Shown here: positions 53,973-64,000 of the stretch, piece after piece
Numbering within the stretch: the first letter of the stretch is position 1
Layout of the letters: each line of letters starts with the position of its first letter
Source of the DNA: an uncultured Alphaproteobacteria bacterium
GTDB lineage: Bacteria; Pseudomonadota; Alphaproteobacteria; Rs-D84
Reading direction: 5' to 3'
DNA: 64,000 bases
Assembly: GCA_944389265.1 (NCBI GenBank)
Contig: CALXLS010000003.1
Location: 57,657-121,656 of the forward strand
Program-made: the position numbers and the translations under genes
Notes under the pieces: generated by a model
Told to the model about the DNA's origin: nothing
The model's input: only the letters and a program-made list of their open reading frames with translations
Databases searched by the model: none

Positions 53973-55076
53973 ATGTTAACTTTGCTAAAAAGGGGTATTT
54001 TTCACGGCTTGATTGGTATATGCTGTGCTTTTGCATTAACATCTTGCGATTTATCTACTCCTACACATCAAGGTGATGACTCTGTAATACCGTCAAACTT
54101 AAAAAAAGTTTCTTACGACGACCTGCCTGGCTGGGACAATGATGATGTTCGCTATGCTCTGCAAGCATTTAGAAATTCTTGCAAAGCAAAGATTCAATAT
54201 ACAGGTCGCGTAATTCCAGATCGCGCATTATTTGAAGAAAAATGCCGTATGCTACCAAGTGCCAGCGCAGATGTTGCGACCGTCCGTGCATGGTTTGAAT
54301 CAAACTTTCAACCCTACCAAGTTTATAATGACGAAGGGGGCAAACGCGGAACTTATACAGGCTACTATTCACCTATAATACCTGCATGCAGGACACAAAC
54401 AGCGCAATGCAATGAACCTTTAATGGGGGTTCCAACAGACGGCAGAAATTATAAAGGTGTTGATAAGAAAACAATTGTAGAGAACCGAATCGGTCGCGTT
54501 TTATACTGGGCTAACATAGTTGATGTACAAAACATTCAAATTCAAGGCAGTGGTATGCTGCAACTAGAAGACGGTACACCTGTAAAATTGAACTTCGCCG
54601 CAGTAAATGATATGCCATTTAAGTCTATCGGGGAACAGTTAAAAAATCGTGGCATCAGACCAGATGGCGGATACTCTGCGGACGCAGTTTGGAAATATTT
54701 AAAAAAGAACCCTGCTCTTGCAAAAGAAGTAATTTATGCTAATCCTAGATATGTGTATTTTTATGAGTCTGTTCCACCAGATGTAATTGGTAAACTTGGC
54801 ACACCGTTATCAAAAATTCGTTCTATAGCTATGGACGATGACATTTATACCCTTGGTATGCCAGTATATATAGATACAAATTTATCTGACGGACGCAGAT
54901 TCAGTCGTCTTATGATTGCCCAAGATACAGGCAGCGCGATACGCGGTTGGATACGTGCAGATATATTCTTTGGCAAAGGTGACGAAGCCTATAAATTTGC
55001 ACATGGTCAACATGCACAAGGTCAAATGTTTATCTTGATGCCGAAAGAATATAGTTATGTCAAACCAACCAAATAA
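53973..55076 (+). CDS. mltA: Membrane-bound lytic murein transglycosylase A
   Basis: 367 aa. Lipoprotein-like N-terminus (ALTSC), MltA domain, and a C-terminal 3D domain with AQDTGSAIRG. Confidence 0.9.
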   Translation: MLTLLKRGIFHGLIGICCAFALTSCDLSTPTHQGDDSVIPSNLKKVSYDDLPGWDNDDVRYALQAFRNSCKAKIQYTGRVIPDRALFEEKCRMLPSASADVATVRAWFESNFQPYQVYNDEGGKRGTYTGYYSPIIPACRTQTAQCNEPLMGVPTDGRNYKGVDKKTIVENRIGRVLYWANIVDVQNIQIQGSGMLQLEDGTPVKLNFAAVNDMPFKSIGEQLKNRGIRPDGGYSADAVWKYLKKNPALAKEVIYANPRYVYFYESVPPDVIGKLGTPLSKIRSIAMDDDIYTLGMPVYIDTNLSDGRRFSRLMIAQDTGSAIRGWIRADIFFGKGDEAYKFAHGQHAQGQMFILMPKEYSYVKPTK

Positions 55077-55386
55077 AATTAACCAACGCACATCTCGCCC
55101 ACAAACTATTGCGGGTGCGATGGGCGGGCTATTAAAAATATTTGGTATTCGCGCATCAGATTCAGACCTCGTTGCAAGATGGTCTGAAATAATGGGTTCA
55201 GAAATTTCTAGTATTGCAACAATCGCAGCAATAAAGAAAACGCACGACAATAAGTTTAATGTAGTAATTAGACCAACCAATCCTGCATTTACACTTCAAT
55301 TATCTTATATGTCAGAAGAAATAAAGACGCGTATTAATAAATACTTTGGTCGTAACGCCGTAGAAAAAATAAGTTTTAGGAAATAA
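55057..55386 (+). CDS. DUF721 / DciA-like protein
   Basis: 109 aa. LVARWSEIMGSEISSIATIAAIKK...NVVIRPTNPAFTLQLSYMSEEIKTRINKYFG fits the DUF721 pattern (W..ivG..ia..t.p..l; L.v.v.s...a.eL). Confidence 0.6.
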   Translation: MSNQPNKINQRTSRPQTIAGAMGGLLKIFGIRASDSDLVARWSEIMGSEISSIATIAAIKKTHDNKFNVVIRPTNPAFTLQLSYMSEEIKTRINKYFGRNAVEKISFRK

Positions 55387-55389
55387 AAA

Positions 55390-55407
55390 AGCCGGGAAAC
55401 ACCGGCT
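55390..55407. terminator. Bidirectional terminator
   Basis: AAAAAAGCCGG-gaaaca-CCGGCTTTTTTT between convergent genes. Confidence 0.75.
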
Positions 55408-55411
55408 TTTT

Positions 55412-55693
55412 TTATTCTTTTATAACCTTTCTTTCCCACCACACAGCAAGCGCCGGCACAAGGAAAAACACGATTCCTGCCAACATCCATATAGCCAAGA
55501 AACTAATAGCAGACACATATAAAAAAGGCAAAGAAATACCAGTGATTCTTACTGCCAAATACATAAATGCAGGCCACAAAGTAAGCAACCAAACTAGCAC
55601 CACCAGCAGCAAATTGATTAAAAATGATTTTAAATAAATGCGCTGTTTAGATAACAGTTTTGCTTCGCAATTTTCCATATATTCTTTTTTCAT
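55412..55693 (-). CDS. Small membrane protein (93 aa), unknown family
   Basis: Three hydrophobic helices after a short polar N-terminus. No recognisable motif. Confidence 0.45.
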   Translation of the reverse strand: MKKEYMENCEAKLLSKQRIYLKSFLINLLLVVLVWLLTLWPAFMYLAVRITGISLPFLYVSAISFLAIWMLAGIVFFLVPALAVWWERKVIKE

Positions 55694-55746
55694 TGCCGCC
55701 TCCTTTGGGTCTTCACACTATTATTATAGCATAGAAAAACCTATAT

Positions 55747-56226
55747 TTAGAACTTAAATTTATTCATATTGGAATGCGCCAACGCGATAGCAATTGCATC
55801 ACTTTCATCAGGAGTTTTCGGTTGCGCCGCAGGCAACAACATACGAACCATTTTATACACTTGCTCTTTATCTGCATGCCCTGCAGATGTTAAAGCCTTT
55901 TTTATTTTATTAGGCTCGTATTCAAATATAGGAATATTTTTATCTGCCACTGCAACAATCGCTGCTGCACGTGCATGCCCAAGAATAAGGGTTGTTTGCG
56001 GGTTTTTATTTACAAATGTTATTTCTATACTGCACTCATCTGGTTGAAAAGTATCACAAAGTTTCGAAACCTCACGAAAAATAAAATCTAGTCTCCCCGG
56101 CAAGGAGTCTGATTTTGGGGGTAAAACAACACCACTTGCGATATATTTCCGATTCGCACCTACACTTTCTATTATTGCCCAACCGGTATGCAAAAGACCT
56201 GGGTCAATTCCAATTATACGCGTCAT
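55747..56226 (-). CDS. ruvC: Holliday junction resolvase RuvC
   Basis: Start reset to the ATG at 56226 (MTRIIGIDPGLLHTGWA). C-terminal DESDAIAIALAH. Confidence 0.9.
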   Translation of the reverse strand: MTRIIGIDPGLLHTGWAIIESVGANRKYIASGVVLPPKSDSLPGRLDFIFREVSKLCDTFQPDECSIEITFVNKNPQTTLILGHARAAAIVAVADKNIPIFEYEPNKIKKALTSAGHADKEQVYKMVRMLLPAAQPKTPDESDAIAIALAHSNMNKFKF

Positions 56227-56305
56227 AAGGAACCTTCTTTTCCATAAATTATACAATAAAAAATGCCGCAATCGCGACATTTTTTATTCATAGAAGACAC
56301 AAAAC

Positions 56306-57022
56306 TTATGCTGCTGCAGTAAAGACTTTCTGAACATCGTCATTATCATCCAAAGCGTCTACTAACTTTTCAATTTTTGCATAAGTTTCATCATCTAAAT
56401 CCATAGGCATATTTGGTATCCAAGTCAGTTCTGCACTTTCTGGTTCACCTAACTTATCACTCAACGCCTTTTGAACAGTCATAAAATCATCTGGTTTTGT
56501 TGTGATAATAAAACCTTCTTCAGAAGTTTCTAAGTTATCAGCATTAGCATCCATAATGATTTCCATCATTTCGTCTTCTGTTTTACCGATAGAAGCAGGA
56601 TAGAAAATCTGCCCAGCACGAGTAAACATAAATACAACACTACCTTCTTCGCCCATATTTCCGCCATTTTTAGCAAATATATTACGAATTTCTGGAACAG
56701 TACGGCGTGGATTATCAGTCAAAGCTTCAACAATAACAGGGACCGCACCTGGGCCATAACCTTCATAACGTACAGCAACATAGTTTTCTGTATTAGCACC
56801 AGAAGCTTTTTCAATTGCACGTTTAATATTATCATTTGGCATAGAGTTTTTACGAGCATTCAAAACCGCCAAACGCAACCGAGGGTTATTATCTGGGTTC
56901 TTATCACCTAACTTTGCAGCCATTGTAATTTCGCGTGCTAACTTCGTAAACAAACCGCTACGAGCAGCATCATTTGCACCCTTTTTGTGCTGAATATTAT
57001 GCCATTTACTGTGTCCACTCAT
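56306..57022 (-). CDS. yebC: YebC/PmpR-family transcriptional regulator
   Basis: 238 aa. MSGHSKWHNIQHKKG and a typical YebC core. Confidence 0.9.
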   Translation of the reverse strand: MSGHSKWHNIQHKKGANDAARSGLFTKLAREITMAAKLGDKNPDNNPRLRLAVLNARKNSMPNDNIKRAIEKASGANTENYVAVRYEGYGPGAVPVIVEALTDNPRRTVPEIRNIFAKNGGNMGEEGSVVFMFTRAGQIFYPASIGKTEDEMMEIIMDANADNLETSEEGFIITTKPDDFMTVQKALSDKLGEPESAELTWIPNMPMDLDDETYAKIEKLVDALDDNDDVQKVFTAAA

Positions 57023-57072
57023 ATTTGACCTTTTAATTTTATTAGATTAGAATTACCCCAAAAGGATAACAA

Positions 57073-57654
57073 ATGATTAGCAAATTGCAAGGAGTTGTTG
57101 ATTATACTGGTGATGGTTTTGTTATTTTGATGACAGGTGGTGTCGGCTATAAAGTTTTTACCCCAGAATACTTAACACCAAAATCAACCATATCTTTGTG
57201 GATAGAAACAGTAGTTCGAGAAGATTCTATAAGACTTTTCGGCTTTTCTACAATTTCCAGTCAAAATCTTTTTAACCAATTAACGGGTGTATCTGGGGTT
57301 GGGCCAAAGGTAGCATTAGCAATAATGGGAACAATAAAGACAGATACATTAATGTCTGCAATTGCAACAGGGGACGCAAAAACAATAGCAACCGCACCTG
57401 GTGTTGGTAAAAAGATGGCAGAAAAAATAATATTAGAATTAAAGAATAAAATCGGTGGTGCATCATTTGAATTTAACACTTTGGATTCAAACACCGGAAG
57501 TGCCCTACCCGATTTATTGTCTGCGCTTGAATCATTGGGATATAGAAGGTTGGATATAATAGATATGGCCCAAAAATTAGTATCAGAAAATCCAAATGCA
57601 GATGTAGCAAAACTAGTGCCTATGGCATTAAAAGAAATAAGCGGGAATAAATAA
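57073..57654 (+). CDS. ruvA: Holliday junction DNA helicase subunit RuvA
   Basis: 193 aa. MISKLQG, helix-hairpin-helix motifs (LTGVSGVGPKVALAI, APGVGKKMAEKI) and C-terminal domain III. Confidence 0.9.
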   Translation: MISKLQGVVDYTGDGFVILMTGGVGYKVFTPEYLTPKSTISLWIETVVREDSIRLFGFSTISSQNLFNQLTGVSGVGPKVALAIMGTIKTDTLMSAIATGDAKTIATAPGVGKKMAEKIILELKNKIGGASFEFNTLDSNTGSALPDLLSALESLGYRRLDIIDMAQKLVSENPNADVAKLVPMALKEISGNK

Positions 57655-57655
57655 A

Positions 57656-58957
57656 ATGAATAACGAAACAATATTTGCGTTATCAAGTGGTCATGGTAAA
57701 TCTGGGGTTGCAGTAATAAGAATCAGTGGTACAAATCTTAAATATATATTTTCAAAATTTATAAATAAAAAAATATTTACTCCGCGCCATGCATACTTTG
57801 CGAACTTAAAAGACAGCAGTAATTATTTAATAGACCAAGTTATTTGTGTTTATTTTGAAGCACCGCAATCTTTTACTGGTGAAGATGTAATAGAAATACA
57901 TAGTCATGGTGCCCAAGCAGTTATAGAAAAAATATTTAATCATCTGCAAAGTCTCGGGATGCGTATGGCAACTCCTGGCGAATTTTCTAAACGTGCATTC
58001 TATAACAATAAAATGGATTTAGCCGACATAGATGGTCTTGCCGCATTACTAGACGCCCAGACAGACAAACAGCGTCAAAGTGCGTTAAAATCTATGATTG
58101 GCACAGACAGCAAGCAATATGACACGTGGCGAAATCAAATGATAGAAATATCTGCATACGCTGCTGCAATTTTAGATTATTCAGAAGACGAATTACCGCA
58201 AAACATTAATAAAACTATAAAAGAAAAAACAACAAAATTATACAAAGAAATCGATGATACTATTTCGCGCTATACGGCGGTACGCGCTATCCGCAGTGGT
58301 TTTAACATAACCCTTGCTGGACCTGTAAATGTTGGCAAATCATCTCTATTTAATTTAATGGTTGGTTCATCTCGTGCGATAGTATCTGACATTCCAGGCA
58401 CAACACGTGACGTTGTATCTGCACAACTTGACATAGATGGATATTTAGTAAATTTATCTGATACCGCTGGAATTCGTGAAGCGACAGACACAGTTGAAAA
58501 AATAGGGATAGAAAAAACCATATCCGAAATGGAAAATGCAGATTTAGTTTTACATGTATTCGAAGCAACCGAAAAAACAGACAAAAAACCTACCGAAAAA
58601 GAACTTATCGTCTTTAATAAATCAGATTTATTCAAAGGTAAAAAAAGTAAAGAAGATATATATATCTCAACCAAGACAGGTGAAGGTATTGATAATCTTA
58701 TGAAAACAATAAAAGATAAAATTCATGATTTAACAAACAATGCCGAATCGGGCATAGCTGTGAATGCACGCACAAAGGCATTACTAACAGACGCGGCAGA
58801 TGAATTAAAAAAAGCACTGAATGCCCCTGATGAAAATTATGACATATTTTCAGAACATGTAAGACGCGCAGCAGATAATATTGGGAAAATCTTAGGAACG
58901 ATAACCGCTGCCGAAGTTATGGACGCAACATTTTCACAATTATGCTTAGGCAAATAA
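57656..58957 (+). CDS. mnmE: tRNA modification GTPase MnmE
   Basis: 433 aa. IFALSSG, G domain GPVNVGKSSLFN / DTAGIR / NKSDL, and the C-terminal FCLGK-type tail (QLCLGK). Confidence 0.95.
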   Translation: MNNETIFALSSGHGKSGVAVIRISGTNLKYIFSKFINKKIFTPRHAYFANLKDSSNYLIDQVICVYFEAPQSFTGEDVIEIHSHGAQAVIEKIFNHLQSLGMRMATPGEFSKRAFYNNKMDLADIDGLAALLDAQTDKQRQSALKSMIGTDSKQYDTWRNQMIEISAYAAAILDYSEDELPQNINKTIKEKTTKLYKEIDDTISRYTAVRAIRSGFNITLAGPVNVGKSSLFNLMVGSSRAIVSDIPGTTRDVVSAQLDIDGYLVNLSDTAGIREATDTVEKIGIEKTISEMENADLVLHVFEATEKTDKKPTEKELIVFNKSDLFKGKKSKEDIYISTKTGEGIDNLMKTIKDKIHDLTNNAESGIAVNARTKALLTDAADELKKALNAPDENYDIFSEHVRRAADNIGKILGTITAAEVMDATFSQLCLGK

Positions 58958-58960
58958 AGA

Positions 58961-58979
58961 AGCCCCTTTTTTAGGGGCT
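58961..58979. terminator. Bidirectional terminator
   Basis: AAAGAAGCCCCT-ttttt-AGGGGCTTTTTT between mnmE and the convergent ligase gene. Confidence 0.75.
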
Positions 58980-58985
58980 TTTTTA

Positions 58986-60566
58986 TTACTCTTTTCTTAT
59001 CGGATATTTACCATCAATCAAGTTCTGACGAACGACATGATGTTTTACCTTTTGAGTACTTGTCAGTGGCAAATCATCTGTTGTCATAGCAAAATGAGTT
59101 ACCCATTTATAAGAAGCAACTTTCTTATTTGCTTGCGCAATTGCAGCCGCCAATTTTTCAAGTGTCATTGATGGTTCTACGCTGAACACACCGTATGTGA
59201 CGGTTTTGTCTTTTACTTTATGTTCAAACACCGCGACATTTTTAACACCAGGGATGGTGATAAATAATCCTTCCAATTCATCTGGATAAACATTTTTACC
59301 AGAATCCAAAACAATCACTTGCTTTTTACGACCAGCGAAGTGTAATTCACCATTTTTATCCATGGTAACCATATCACCAGTATTAAAGAATCCGCGTTCA
59401 TCGAAAGAATCTTCATTTGCCCCAGGGTTATTTAGATAACCACCAAAGACCTGATGACCACGCAACCATAAAACCCCAACACCATCTTCGTTTTTATCAC
59501 GAATTTCGCATTCGTTATTAGTTGTTGGACCACCAAAAGCGAAAGGTAAACGCTTTTTAGTTGGTTTAGAAATACAGATAGGACCGACAGTTTCTGTCAT
59601 ACCGTAACCTTGTATAAAGGTCAAACCAAGGCGTTCATAGAAAGTTTCTACTTCTGGTTTCGTTGCCGCACCACCTGCAATTAATAACTTTGCACGACCA
59701 CCGAATACGGCCAAAACAGGTTCTTGAACCTTACGAACCAAAGCCCCTAAACCTATTTTCTTTAATACATTCCCGTATTTAAGAACAATTGAAGCCAACC
59801 ACCATTTATGTTGAGATTTTATATTATCGATAATTTTATTACGGAAAACCTCCCACAAACGTGGAACAGCCGGTATAACATGAGGTCTATACTGTTTAAA
59901 GTCAGCCAAAATTTCTTTTGGGTTAACTGTTGGTTGCAATAATACCCCTGCTCCATAATGCAAAGTCGCCAGCAACTCGACAGCAAAACCGAAAATATGG
60001 TACATAGGCAAGAAACCGTACATCACGAAGCCAGGTTGTATCCATTCATGCATATCTTCCAAAGAATTTGAACATTCGATTAAATTAAAGTGACTTAAAG
60101 GCACAACTTTTGGTGTACCAGTTGACCCCGATGTGAAAGACATTGTTGCAACATCTAACGATTCCGTTGGTGCAGGTTTTAAGTCTGGATTTATTTTTCC
60201 GTCTTTCTTAGTTATATCATAAAACTTAAACTTATCAGTTTTATAAAAGAAAGATTTTTCTGCACAAACAAGATGGCAATCTGTGACTTCTGTCATATTG
60301 TCATACTCAAACGGTGTTAAATTAGTATCCAGCAATAACGCCTTTCCGCCAAGATACCATATAGCAAATAAAGTTATCGGGAATTCTGGAATATTATGAG
60401 CCAAAACCCCGACCACATCACCGCGCTTTACACCAATAGCATCTAAAGAAGCGGCACGCGCTTTAACTAAATCTACAAATCCTGCGAACGTGACATTTTC
60501 GCGAACCAAGAACAAATTATCTGGCCATGTATTTGCTGCACGTTCCAGTAATTGATACATATTCAT
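58986..60566 (-). CDS. AMP-dependent synthetase/ligase (acyl-CoA synthetase-like)
   Basis: 526 aa. FTSGSTGTPKVV AMP-binding motif, YGMTE, and GDMV...DGELHFAGRKK. Confidence 0.85.
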   Translation of the reverse strand: MNMYQLLERAANTWPDNLFLVRENVTFAGFVDLVKARAASLDAIGVKRGDVVGVLAHNIPEFPITLFAIWYLGGKALLLDTNLTPFEYDNMTEVTDCHLVCAEKSFFYKTDKFKFYDITKKDGKINPDLKPAPTESLDVATMSFTSGSTGTPKVVPLSHFNLIECSNSLEDMHEWIQPGFVMYGFLPMYHIFGFAVELLATLHYGAGVLLQPTVNPKEILADFKQYRPHVIPAVPRLWEVFRNKIIDNIKSQHKWWLASIVLKYGNVLKKIGLGALVRKVQEPVLAVFGGRAKLLIAGGAATKPEVETFYERLGLTFIQGYGMTETVGPICISKPTKKRLPFAFGGPTTNNECEIRDKNEDGVGVLWLRGHQVFGGYLNNPGANEDSFDERGFFNTGDMVTMDKNGELHFAGRKKQVIVLDSGKNVYPDELEGLFITIPGVKNVAVFEHKVKDKTVTYGVFSVEPSMTLEKLAAAIAQANKKVASYKWVTHFAMTTDDLPLTSTQKVKHHVVRQNLIDGKYPIRKE

Positions 60567-60635
60567 AATAAAAAACCCTTGTTTTTTTTATATTGGACAG
60601 GAATTATTATATCCAGAAGGAGACAGATTGCAAAT

Positions 60636-61406
60636 ATGAAAATACTAACATTAAATATAAACTCTATCCGTGCCCATGCAGAGAGTTTTTTAGACATTTT
60701 ACGTCGTGGTGAATATGACACAATAATGGTTCAAGAATTAAAAGTTGAAACATCAGGTTTTCCACACAACTTATTTGACGAATACGGCTATAACATAAAG
60801 GTTTTTGGGCAAAAAAGTTGGAATGGTGTTGCAACTTTTTCGAAATATTCTATTGAAGATGTCACAACAGGTCTTCCAACCTATCCAGATGTAAATGCAA
60901 GATTTCTTGAATGTGTTGTAGACGGCAGAATTCGTTTAATAAATGTATATATGCCGAACGGAGACACAATCGATTCGCCAAAGTTTCCATATAAACTAGA
61001 ATGGATGAAAGCATTTACAGACTACATTTCACAATACATAAATTCTGAAGAACCTGTAATTATTGGCGGTGACTTTAATGTAGCATTAGAAGACCGAGAT
61101 GTTTGGAAACCACAAAATTACGTAGGTATTGCGATTGCGGCTCCACAGGCTAGAGAAATTATGAACCAATGGTTAAACTCTGGTTGGACAGATGTATGGC
61201 GCACACAACACCCTGACACAATAGATTACACATGGTACGGTTATCGCGGTGGTGATACTGTTGGGAAAAAACAAGGATTGCGTCTAGATTATTTCCTAGC
61301 AAACCCTGCTGCAATGAAAATTATAAAAAATTGCGAAATAGATATCGAACCAAGACTTGCAACAAAACCGACTGACCATTGTGGCTTGATGTTAAAGTTA
61401 GATTAA
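60636..61406 (+). CDS. xthA: Exodeoxyribonuclease III
   Basis: Start reset to the ATG at 60636 (GAAGGAG upstream). MKILTLNINSIRAH, QELK, GGDFNV, and C-terminal SDH-type PTDHCGL. Confidence 0.9.
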   Translation: MKILTLNINSIRAHAESFLDILRRGEYDTIMVQELKVETSGFPHNLFDEYGYNIKVFGQKSWNGVATFSKYSIEDVTTGLPTYPDVNARFLECVVDGRIRLINVYMPNGDTIDSPKFPYKLEWMKAFTDYISQYINSEEPVIIGGDFNVALEDRDVWKPQNYVGIAIAAPQAREIMNQWLNSGWTDVWRTQHPDTIDYTWYGYRGGDTVGKKQGLRLDYFLANPAAMKIIKNCEIDIEPRLATKPTDHCGLMLKLD

Positions 61407-63920
61407 TTAATCATCACATCTAGCCAAATCATCATATGCCTTATATTTTCTGTCACCTGTTTCTCTATATTCATATGGAGCGCATCCGACAGAAAATATA
61501 TTGATTAATTCTTTTGTTTTTTCGACCGCCGCATTCATCATCTTTTCTGTTATCTTTTCATCATATAATATAGGTTTTACATCATTATGTTTTAATTGTA
61601 AAAACATCATCACAGGCGTTTTAGATTTTTCAGTTATATGTATTGGGAAACCGCCATTTTTTACTATATACGCTTCTAACGGTAATTGAGGCATATTGCC
61701 TTCTTCCAATTGTTTTTTACTAGGAGCCGCACCAGTTTTTATATCCATGACGCAACCGTCCCAAACTCTATCTGCACGTGCACAAATTTCGCGTCCACCA
61801 ATGCATACACTGCCACCAACTTCTATACCAGCATTTTTAATATCTGATAATTCTGCTGACACAACCGGTGCAATTTCTAAAAAACGTTTATGCCAGAAAT
61901 GGAACAATATGCTATCACTCCCTAAAATATCACGCGCACGCAAATCCATTTCCCGAACAAGCGAATCGACAGAAAAATTTTCAGCATCTTTTATAACATC
62001 ATGAACAAGATTTCCAAAAACCCTTGCATCTGGCGGCAACCAATAGTCATCTTTTGGCTGCAGACGCAAAATATGACGAACATAAAAGGCATAAGGATTA
62101 TGAATTAATAACTCTAATTCTGTCACAAAAACCTTAGTCCAATCTGCGGGTGGTACAGGTGCAGAATAATCTAACGGTCTTAAAGCAATATCATCACGAG
62201 CACGAACAGAATTTAAAATATCTTTTCCATGTTCCTTATCCAAATCACCGTATCTAGCCGCAACACGAGACAGAAATCTGGATTCAGCAGTTTGTACACC
62301 ACCAGACACACAACTGCGCAACCAATAAACTTCTTTTCCGCAAGAAAGATTCATAAAGTCTAGCGCCTGTAAAGATACTTTTCTATCAGGTGAAGGTAAG
62401 CCAATTTCTTTTGCTAAATTTCTAGGCAGCCATGCATTTTCATATCCTTGTGCTGGGAACATACCTTCATTTAACCCGGTCAGAATAATTACATCTGCGG
62501 TTTGCATTCTGGACTCTATTGTACCAAGCACAACTATTTTCGCACTATCATCCATAACACCACGAACAGACACACCACCTATTGCATCTGCTAATATTGC
62601 ACGCGCATCGGATAAAGTTAACTTTAAACCCGCTTTATTTAAACAATCGGATAAATTCTTTATTGCCTGCCATATTTGCATAGATACCGAATCGGTCATA
62701 TCAAACATAGGTTCAAAAGCAGTATCAGAATTATCTACTAAATTTATAATAGTCTTAAATAAATCACATTCATATTCAGAATATAATTTATCAAAAGTAT
62801 CTGTATTACCCTGCTCTATCCAGCCATCAAATAAGTTTAAAATTGCGCGTCCTGTTGGGGTCATTGTTCCTGGCAACCCACCAGAAAAATCCGCATTCAA
62901 TCCAAGCGCAGACAACTCTATTGCAATACGTTGATTTCCTGCTGCGTCCGGGGTAATAACTAAAACTGATTTATTTTCTGCACTTGCCCTACTTGCAATT
63001 TCTGCAACAACTTTTGCTTCTTCGCTTTCAATGGCGCATTCAACCATATGACAGTGCTTCACAGAATTAACAAAATTTAAACGTTTCGTATCATTACCAA
63101 AGGCATAATTTAAAAAGTCTATTGGGCTATTCCCCACATCAATAGGCTGAATATCTGATATAGACACCCCTATACGTTTTAAAAACTTATACTCTGCATT
63201 ATAAGGATTCGTATCTAATTCGAAATCTTCACTACGACCTGAAATTTTACCAGATAAAATTATTCGCCCATTTTCTTTTTCGGAAATAGTCGCCATTAAA
63301 TCTGCAGTTGCAGGCACACTTGCCGTAGATCCACAAACGACGACCAATTTATACTTGTCTAAATGATTTATCCATGCCCGAATATCTTGATTCTTAGCGT
63401 TTACTTCTGTCCGCTTATTTTCGGTATATAAATCATGCACTCTAGACAAAATATTCAAAAGTTGTGCTTTATGCTGAAAATGAGCCGCATATTTTTCATC
63501 AACTAAATCAATCCAATTAATTTGTGCTGCATCAACCCCTTCATTTTCAAGATAATCTTGCATACGCAATAAATCACGCGCGACAGGTAAAGCAGTTGCA
63601 ATATTTCCAATACTTGCATCTTGTGCTAAAAGTTTAGTAATTAAAACAAGCCTTTCCGTATTAGATACAACATCTGGGAATTCTGTTTCTTCATCATCTA
63701 AATCTTCTGCGCCCTCACCCAAAGCAACCAAACGCGGTAAAATGATACTGTGTCCAGATTTTTCAACTAAAAATTTTTCAAGTCCCCGAACTGCACGGCG
63801 ACTGGGCACAAATATCAACATATCTTCTAGCAGAACACCAGATGTGTTTAACACTTGCCATAAAGCATCCAGCATATGTGCAGGGTTAGTTGCATAAAAA
63901 ATATTTTTATTTGATGCCAA
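61407..63920 (-). CDS. addB: Double-strand break repair protein AddB (alphaproteobacterial type)
   Basis: 837 aa. An inactivated-helicase-like body and a C-terminal PD-(D/E)xK motif (ADRVWDG..VMDIKTG). The apparent start codon is TTG at 63920, and the stop abuts the xthA stop. Confidence 0.82.
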   Translation of the reverse strand: MASNKNIFYATNPAHMLDALWQVLNTSGVLLEDMLIFVPSRRAVRGLEKFLVEKSGHSIILPRLVALGEGAEDLDDEETEFPDVVSNTERLVLITKLLAQDASIGNIATALPVARDLLRMQDYLENEGVDAAQINWIDLVDEKYAAHFQHKAQLLNILSRVHDLYTENKRTEVNAKNQDIRAWINHLDKYKLVVVCGSTASVPATADLMATISEKENGRIILSGKISGRSEDFELDTNPYNAEYKFLKRIGVSISDIQPIDVGNSPIDFLNYAFGNDTKRLNFVNSVKHCHMVECAIESEEAKVVAEIASRASAENKSVLVITPDAAGNQRIAIELSALGLNADFSGGLPGTMTPTGRAILNLFDGWIEQGNTDTFDKLYSEYECDLFKTIINLVDNSDTAFEPMFDMTDSVSMQIWQAIKNLSDCLNKAGLKLTLSDARAILADAIGGVSVRGVMDDSAKIVVLGTIESRMQTADVIILTGLNEGMFPAQGYENAWLPRNLAKEIGLPSPDRKVSLQALDFMNLSCGKEVYWLRSCVSGGVQTAESRFLSRVAARYGDLDKEHGKDILNSVRARDDIALRPLDYSAPVPPADWTKVFVTELELLIHNPYAFYVRHILRLQPKDDYWLPPDARVFGNLVHDVIKDAENFSVDSLVREMDLRARDILGSDSILFHFWHKRFLEIAPVVSAELSDIKNAGIEVGGSVCIGGREICARADRVWDGCVMDIKTGAAPSKKQLEEGNMPQLPLEAYIVKNGGFPIHITEKSKTPVMMFLQLKHNDVKPILYDEKITEKMMNAAVEKTKELINIFSVGCAPYEYRETGDRKYKAYDDLARCDD

Positions 63921-64000
63921 TTATATTCCTTATAGGTTCCAAACCTGTTTTCTTTTCCGCGGATGTTTCCAGCACATCTGCTATCATAGCAGGATGATTT
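63907..64000 (-). CDS. C-terminal fragment of an upstream ORF (function not determinable here)
   Basis: Open minus-strand frame entering from the window end: ...NHPAMIADVLETSAEKKTGLEPIRNIIGIK, TAA at 63907-63909. Overlaps the addB start by 14 nt. Confidence 0.4.
   Translation of the reverse strand, partial: NHPAMIADVLETSAEKKTGLEPIRNIIGIK

Noticed and set aside
1-64000. Scan for tRNA/rRNA/tmRNA genes, CRISPR repeats, IS elements/transposases, phage integrases, and reverse transcriptases or known defence-system genes
   Set aside because: None recognised. All intergenic gaps are short (mostly under 120 nt; the longest are ~190-300 nt). They are explained by terminators, promoters or the small lipoprotein gene. 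The only tyrosine recombinase has XerD hallmarks and a chromosomal context.

Overview
AT-rich, very gene-dense chromosomal segment with about 70 CDS, many joined by ATGA/TAATG overlaps or gaps of a few nt. Its hallmarks look alphaproteobacterial: AddB-type repair nuclease, MucR/Ros, RHH_4 protein, DUF721/DciA, separate secD/secF, tatA plus tatBC, SPOR protein, and a DnaJ-like protein with an N-terminal Cys motif. Standard code (TGA used as a stop). I saw no rRNA, tRNA, CRISPR array, transposase or prophage; the only recombinase is xerD. Most genes are housekeeping: recJ, ftsI, sufSE, trxA, dksA, thrS, gltX, trmB, rarA, fabD, ftsK, secDF-yajC, mutL, greA, xerD, trxB, serS, typA, recA, secB, mltA, ruvC/yebC/ruvA, mnmE, xthA, addB. 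Conserved operons are fragmented and several proteins are truncated, fused or degenerate, which fits a reduced, possibly host-associated genome (inference). Regions worth a second look, best first: (1) 17454-19536, a tightly coupled four-gene cassette (membrane/PQ-linker protein, HNH-like protein, SUKH/SMI1-KNR4-like protein, RHH protein) with a divergent orphan at 16736-17410. It sits between trmB and lnt and is my best candidate for an undescribed module. (2) 43242-44287, two orphan ORFs joinable by a -1 shift on an A_AAA_AAA heptamer; the downstream ORF has no Met codon. (3) 19567-23890, a mucR-like gene, a GH24-lysozyme/TPR membrane protein and a YbeY::Lnt fusion in one gene train. (4) 46277-50972, a glycosyltransferase island wedged between typA and recA. 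(5) Proteins that appear to lack canonical catalytic or metal-binding residues: S41 CtpA-like, DksA, MucR, and a KTA motif in FtsI. All family assignments come from reading motifs by eye in the supplied translations. No database search was run.
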